Below, in pieces: positions 59,502 through 64,000 of a DNA stretch of 64,000 nucleotides. The notes beneath the pieces were generated by a model. It did no database searches, was not told where the DNA came from, and saw nothing but the letters and a program-made list of their open reading frames with translations. Location of the stretch: NCBI GenBank assembly GCA_001513155.1, contig LFSR01000042.1, positions 16,961 through 80,960 of the forward strand. Direction: 5' to 3'. The translations under genes were made by a program, and so were the position numbers. The stretch's first letter is position 1; the number at the start of each line of letters is the position of its first letter. Source of the DNA: Syntrophomonas sp. DTU018. GTDB taxonomy: Bacteria; Bacillota; Syntrophomonadia; Syntrophomonadales; Syntrophomonadaceae.

Positions 59502-61196
59502 CTAACCTCTTTCCGGTTCAGGAAGGGAATCAGGGCAAACATATCTGGCTATATTACTGCAATGGTCACTGATCCGTTCCAAATTGCTGATGAGGTCGAG
59601 GAAGACCGCACCATTATTCCCGTTGCATATCCTTTCATTAAGCCTGCGGATATGGGACTGGCGGTACTGTTCCTGCATTTCGTCCAACTGTCTTTCATAA
59701 GCCATAACTTTTTGGGCTAAATTCTTATCCTTGCGTTCCAAAGTCAAAAGTGCTGATTCCACTGCGCGTCTGGTCATTTCTATCATAGAAGCCAATTCTT
59801 CCTGGGCTTCATCGGAGAAAACTACCTGATGCTTGGTCGCGTAATCAGCACTCTCGATAATGCTTTCACTTATATCAGCAATTCTCTCAATATCATTCAA
59901 TGACTGCAGTATAAGCTGGGCTTGACTGGAGTCTTCCCTGGACAGGTGCTTTTGGGAAGCCATGACTACATAATCGGTGATCTGGCGCTCCAGGTTGTCA
60001 ATAGTCTCCTCCAGCACTTGCCCTCTTTTAACCAGGCTTTCGTCCCGGGTTTGGAAATATTCCAGAGCATTCTCAAAGGCCTGGCGAACTAATTCTCCCA
60101 TACGCAGCATTTCCCGGGTAGCTTGAGTTAAAGCCACAGATGGGTTGTTCAAGAAGCGGCGGTCGATGAAACGGACTCTGAACTCCGCTTCATCCCCGTA
60201 TTCCTCACGGTCGGGTATCAGGAAAGTAACCACAGCCGCCATCACTCCCACCAGAGGCAAATGAATCAGCGTATTGCTGATATTGAAAATGAAATGAGTC
60301 TGGGCAATCTGCAATTTGGGATTGAGAGTTTCCCAGGTCCCAGAGCCAGGCACTATATTTAACATTGCATTAGTAACAAAGGTGACAAGTTCCGGGAAAA
60401 AGCCGAAAATAAACAGAGGCAGGAAGATAACGGTACCAACCACATTGAACATGAAATGGGTTAAAGCAGCCCGGCGTGCTGCTATGCTGGCACCAATTCC
60501 CGCCAGCAACGCAGTAACCGTAGTGCCTATGTTGTCACCGAACAGGATTGGCACCGCCTGATGATAGGTAACCGCTCCCTGGTTGGCCAATTCCTGCAGT
60601 ACACCGATCGCTGCACTGCTGCTCTGCACAATGGCGGTAAAAATGGCTCCGATAATTACTCCGATCAACGCATTATCATCAATACTGATCATCAGGTTAG
60701 TAAAAAAGGCAAGATCCTTTAATGGTTTCATGCCGTCGCCCATAACACTCAGGCCAAAGAACAGCAATCCGAAACCCAAGACAGCCTGGGACATATTCTT
60801 TGCTCTCTTGCTCCGGGCAAAAAGAAACCATAAAGCGCCCACCCCTATTATGGGCAAGGCATATTCGTAAAGATTAAAACCAATCAAATAGACCGTTACT
60901 GTGGTACCAATATTAGCTCCGATGATTACGCCGATAGCCTGTCTGAGAGTAAGCAATTCGGCATTGACCAGACCTACCGTTAAAACCGTGGTAGCACTGC
61001 TGCTTTGAATCAATCCGGTTACCACCAGACCGGTTAGTATCCCCCGTATCGGATTACTGGTCCCTTTCTCCAAGATGTTTCGCATCCGATCCCCTGCTAC
61101 TGCTTGCAGGCCATCTGACATAGAGCGCAAACCAAACAGGAACAGCCCCAATCCGCCGAGAAAAGAAAATAATACTACCTGCCAATTTACTTCCAA
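59502..61196 (-). CDS. Na/Pi cotransporter family protein with C-terminal PhoU-like domains
   Basis: Duplicated QSSSAT/QSSSAA motifs in the membrane domain and PhoU-type helical repeats. Confidence 0.88.
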   Translation of the reverse strand: MEVNWQVVLFSFLGGLGLFLFGLRSMSDGLQAVAGDRMRNILEKGTSNPIRGILTGLVVTGLIQSSSATTVLTVGLVNAELLTLRQAIGVIIGANIGTTVTVYLIGFNLYEYALPIIGVGALWFLFARSKRAKNMSQAVLGFGLLFFGLSVMGDGMKPLKDLAFFTNLMISIDDNALIGVIIGAIFTAIVQSSSAAIGVLQELANQGAVTYHQAVPILFGDNIGTTVTALLAGIGASIAARRAALTHFMFNVVGTVIFLPLFIFGFFPELVTFVTNAMLNIVPGSGTWETLNPKLQIAQTHFIFNISNTLIHLPLVGVMAAVVTFLIPDREEYGDEAEFRVRFIDRRFLNNPSVALTQATREMLRMGELVRQAFENALEYFQTRDESLVKRGQVLEETIDNLERQITDYVVMASQKHLSREDSSQAQLILQSLNDIERIADISESIIESADYATKHQVVFSDEAQEELASMIEMTRRAVESALLTLERKDKNLAQKVMAYERQLDEMQEQYRQSHIRRLNERICNGNNGAVFLDLISNLERISDHCSNIARYVCPDSLPEPERG

Positions 61197-61425
61197 TTAG
61201 TTACCTCCTTGCAACCAACCAGCTTACAGGGCTATTGGCCTTGTTCATCCCTATCTTTTTGTCTACGGAAAATTGTATCAAAACTTATTACCATTCGCTA
61301 ACCATTATTTGATTAATATTTATGAGCACTTCTGGTGAGGACATACTGGAGCCATTTTTAATAGTGTTTTCCTGTTTTCTTTAATTATGTTTTGCCATTG
61401 CTTGACAGGGGTATGCCATGTAATA

Positions 61426-61446
61426 ATATATAATAAAATTATATAT
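61426..61446. promoter_or_regulatory. Perfect AT-only palindrome between a TTGACA box and padR (candidate operator)
   Basis: ATATATAAT-AAA-ATTATATAT, 19 nt downstream of TTGACA (61402-61407). Confidence 0.3.
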
Positions 61447-61465
61447 CTTGAATCGAGGTATTAGC

Positions 61466-62017
61466 GTGCTGGATTATTTAATTCTCGGCTCATTAACCAT
61501 TCATGAAATGAGCGGATATGAAATAAAGAAATTAATGAGCAACAGCACCGCTTTCTTCTCCAACGTAAGTGACGGCAGCCTTTACCCTGCTTTGAAACGC
61601 TGCGAGGAATCCGGATTGATTCGTTCTAAGGAACTGGTGGAAAACGGCCGCTACAAAAAAGTCTACGAAATCACTCCCGAAGGGCGTCAGGTTTTTTTGG
61701 ATTGGCTGGAACAACCTCTCAAACCCTTTAAATTCCGCTATGAAATACTGATCCGTCTCTTTTTTGCCCGCAATCTCACTCAGGATAAGCTTTTTCAAAT
61801 CATTGACCAGCACATACAGCAGCTGGAGGACTTAAAACAAAGCCTGGAAAACATAGCTGCCGGTCCGGCCAAATACGCGGACACCTGCCAAAAAGCCACC
61901 CTGCGCTTTGGCCTGGATTTCTACCAGTACCTGATAGATTGGTTTAGCAATCTGGAAAGCCAGTTGAAGGGAAGTGAGAATAAGCCAGCACTTGCAAACC
62001 AACCCGAAAACCAATAA
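61466..62017 (+). CDS. PadR-family transcriptional regulator
   Basis: The LDYLILGSL...SGYEI...GSLYPALKRCE wHTH pattern is present. The GTG start at 61466 is preferred over TTG 61448. Confidence 0.85.
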   Translation: MLDYLILGSLTIHEMSGYEIKKLMSNSTAFFSNVSDGSLYPALKRCEESGLIRSKELVENGRYKKVYEITPEGRQVFLDWLEQPLKPFKFRYEILIRLFFARNLTQDKLFQIIDQHIQQLEDLKQSLENIAAGPAKYADTCQKATLRFGLDFYQYLIDWFSNLESQLKGSENKPALANQPENQ

Positions 62018-62031
62018 AGGGGTGATGAGAA

Positions 62032-63537
62032 GTGTCGGATTATGATGTGGTAGTTATCGGTGCGGGTAACGGCGGGCTTACTGCCGCGTGCCGCTTGGCT
62101 CAGAAGGGCATTAAAACCCTTCTGTTGGAAAGGCACAATATCCCTGGAGGTTGTGCCACCAGTTTTATCCGGGGGCGTTTTGAATTCGAGGTAGCTTTGC
62201 ACCAGTTAAGCGGTTTGGGTTCCAAAGACAAACCAGGTCCCCTTCGTTATGTACTGGACCAATTGGGCGTCACCGACCGGGTGGAATGGGTGGAAATGCA
62301 GAACCTGTACCGGTTGGTGGTACCGGGTCAGTTGGATATAACCCTCCCTGCGGACCGGGAAGCACTTTTAGCTGCCCTGCAGGCGAGGTTTCCGGCGGAA
62401 AAAGACAATATTACGGCTTTCTTTGACCTGGTTTATAAACTATGTATTGAATTCTTTAGTACCATGAGAGACCCAGAACCTTCACCGGAAAAATATCCCA
62501 CCTATTTCAAGTATGCTCTAACCAACACCCAGGAAATCCTGGATGAATACTTTACCGATCCGCTGCTGAAACTCAGTGTAGCTGTTTATTGGGGTTATAC
62601 GGGTGTTCCCCCGGCGAAACTGCCCTTTATGGACCTGGCAATACTGTTATTTGCCTATATTGAGCTGAAGCCATATCATATCAAAGGCGGTTCCCAGGCT
62701 CTCTCCACCGCTATCCTGGAAAAATTCTATGAAGCCGGCGGTGAAGCACGCTTTAACTGCGGAGCCAGCAAAATCCTGGTGGAAAACGGCTGCATTACCG
62801 GAGTCGTTACCGAGCATGGTGAAACCATTAACACCAAATATGTAGTCTCCAATGCTTCCACCCTGTCCGTGTATACCGAATTGATTGACCCCGAGCATGT
62901 TCCCGAAGAACAGCTGAAAATACTGGGCGGCAGTACGGTAGGCCCCTCCGCAGTAACCCTGTTTATTGGCTTGGACTGCGAACCGGCGGAGGTAGGCATA
63001 TACGAGACCACTAACTTCCTCGGCACTACCAGCGATATTAATAGAGTATTTTCATCCTGTAAAAAAGTTGACGTGGAAGACGATTATATCCTGCTCAGCT
63101 GCTACAATGTATCCGATCCTGATTTTTCTCCCCCCGGAACCTGTCAGGTAGTAATTGTTGATTTGAAATACGGTGAGCCCTGGCTGGAGATTCCGCCCCA
63201 TCAATACTATGAAAAGAAATACGAAGTAGCAGATAAACTGCTGGATAAGGTAGAGCAGCACTTCCCTGGATTCCGTGAACATATAGAAGAAATCGAGGTG
63301 GCTACTCCTCTTACCCATGCGCGCTATTTGGCTACACCGGGCGGTGCTATTTACGGTTTTGACCAATTTGCCAAAGACTCCAATATGTTTATCTCTCCCC
63401 GTTCTCCCATCAAAGGTTTGTATTTCGCGGGAGCGTGGGCAGGGATGGGAGGATTTCAGCCCACCCTAAGTTCCGGAGTTGCCGCTGCCCGTCAGGTTAT
63501 CAAAGCTATGCAGAGTGAAGCGGAGGTGGGAGCATGA
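62032..63537 (+). CDS. NAD(P)/FAD-dependent oxidoreductase (phytoene desaturase/CrtI-like family)
   Basis: The VVVIGAGNGGL dinucleotide-binding fold is present. Length is 501 aa and the start codon is GTG. Confidence 0.8.
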   Translation: MSDYDVVVIGAGNGGLTAACRLAQKGIKTLLLERHNIPGGCATSFIRGRFEFEVALHQLSGLGSKDKPGPLRYVLDQLGVTDRVEWVEMQNLYRLVVPGQLDITLPADREALLAALQARFPAEKDNITAFFDLVYKLCIEFFSTMRDPEPSPEKYPTYFKYALTNTQEILDEYFTDPLLKLSVAVYWGYTGVPPAKLPFMDLAILLFAYIELKPYHIKGGSQALSTAILEKFYEAGGEARFNCGASKILVENGCITGVVTEHGETINTKYVVSNASTLSVYTELIDPEHVPEEQLKILGGSTVGPSAVTLFIGLDCEPAEVGIYETTNFLGTTSDINRVFSSCKKVDVEDDYILLSCYNVSDPDFSPPGTCQVVIVDLKYGEPWLEIPPHQYYEKKYEVADKLLDKVEQHFPGFREHIEEIEVATPLTHARYLATPGGAIYGFDQFAKDSNMFISPRSPIKGLYFAGAWAGMGGFQPTLSSGVAAARQVIKAMQSEAEVGA

Positions 63538-64000
63538 AGACTGAGGTACGCAAATCAATTGAAGGTTACAGCCAAATCGCCCATGAATTGGAGATTTGCC
63601 GTAAATACGGTATAGACTATACCGCCCAAAAAGGCAGGTGGAAAGCAGCAGTAGAAAGGCTGCATCCCAAGCGCCTGCAGCTGCGGGTTGCCAAAATAAT
63701 ACCTGAAACCCCCACTGCCAGCACCCTGCGTCTGGTTCCGGTCTCTGGTTACCTGCCTCCCTTTCAAGCAGGCCAATATATCAACTTATTTGCAGAAATC
63801 AATGGGGTCCGCACCGGCCGTCCTTACAGCATATCGTCTCCTCCCAATCAAATTGCCTATTATGATATCACCGTGCGCCGGGTACCCGATGGTTTTGTGT
63901 CCTCTTACCTGCTGGATCAGGTAAAAGTGGGAGATATCCTGGAGTCCACCGGACCGGCCGGCCAATTTTATTACAATCCATTGATCCACGGCAAAGATCT
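63534..64000 (+). CDS. Ferredoxin-NADP reductase-like FAD-binding oxidoreductase, 5' part (runs off window)
   Basis: My own translation from ATG 63534 (ATGA overlap with the upstream stop). It reads MKTEVRKSIEGY...RPYSISS...ITVRRVPDGFVSSYL and stays open to the window end. Confidence 0.7.
   Translation, partial: MKTEVRKSIEGYSQIAHELEICRKYGIDYTAQKGRWKAAVERLHPKRLQLRVAKIIPETPTASTLRLVPVSGYLPPFQAGQYINLFAEINGVRTGRPYSISSPPNQIAYYDITVRRVPDGFVSSYLLDQVKVGDILESTGPAGQFYYNPLIHGKD

Overview
64-kb chromosomal segment from a spore-forming Firmicute, probably class Clostridia and Peptococcaceae/Desulfotomaculum-like (inferred from gene content and synteny only). Most of the window is housekeeping. It holds the 3' end of a class A PBP, mutS2, a U32 peptidase, a NIF3-like gene, polX, zapA and pheST with a Phe T-box. 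It also holds a SpoU/TrmH methyltransferase, infC-rpmI-rplT, thrS, ytxC, a cold-shock gene and a Na+-decarboxylase (oad-type) operon. Further along are tRNA-Val(GAC), a chemoreceptor, a NodB deacetylase, rmuC, a membrane pyrophosphatase and an SRAP peptidase. The last block is a sigma-54-controlled acyl-CoA cluster (CoA-transferases, thiolases, DUF35, ACAD) with two disrupted genes. The stand-out signal is non-coding. Six intergenic loci carry a modular hairpin-repeat family built on a ~35-bp unit, GAGATYGCCACG-[variable mini-hairpin]-CTCGCRATGACA. Three loci are complete ORF-less elements of 152, 153 and 313 bp with common termini (CAGACTGT...CACTCTC). Each is bracketed by a direct duplication of an entire, locus-specific terminator-like hairpin of 20, 22 or 28 bp. 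The duplicated target length therefore tracks the size of the hairpin, which fixed-stagger IS/MITE transposition, REP/REPIN-RAYT and IS200/IS605 mechanisms are not known to produce. No candidate mobilising enzyme is present in the window. Secondary observations: an in-frame TAG splitting a CoA-transferase paralog, a frameshifted family III CoA-transferase, two good -24/-12 promoters next to a sigma-54 activator, a PheT lacking the OB-fold tRNA-binding domain, and thrS without a T-box. All calls rest on reading the sequence and ORF translations; no database search was possible.
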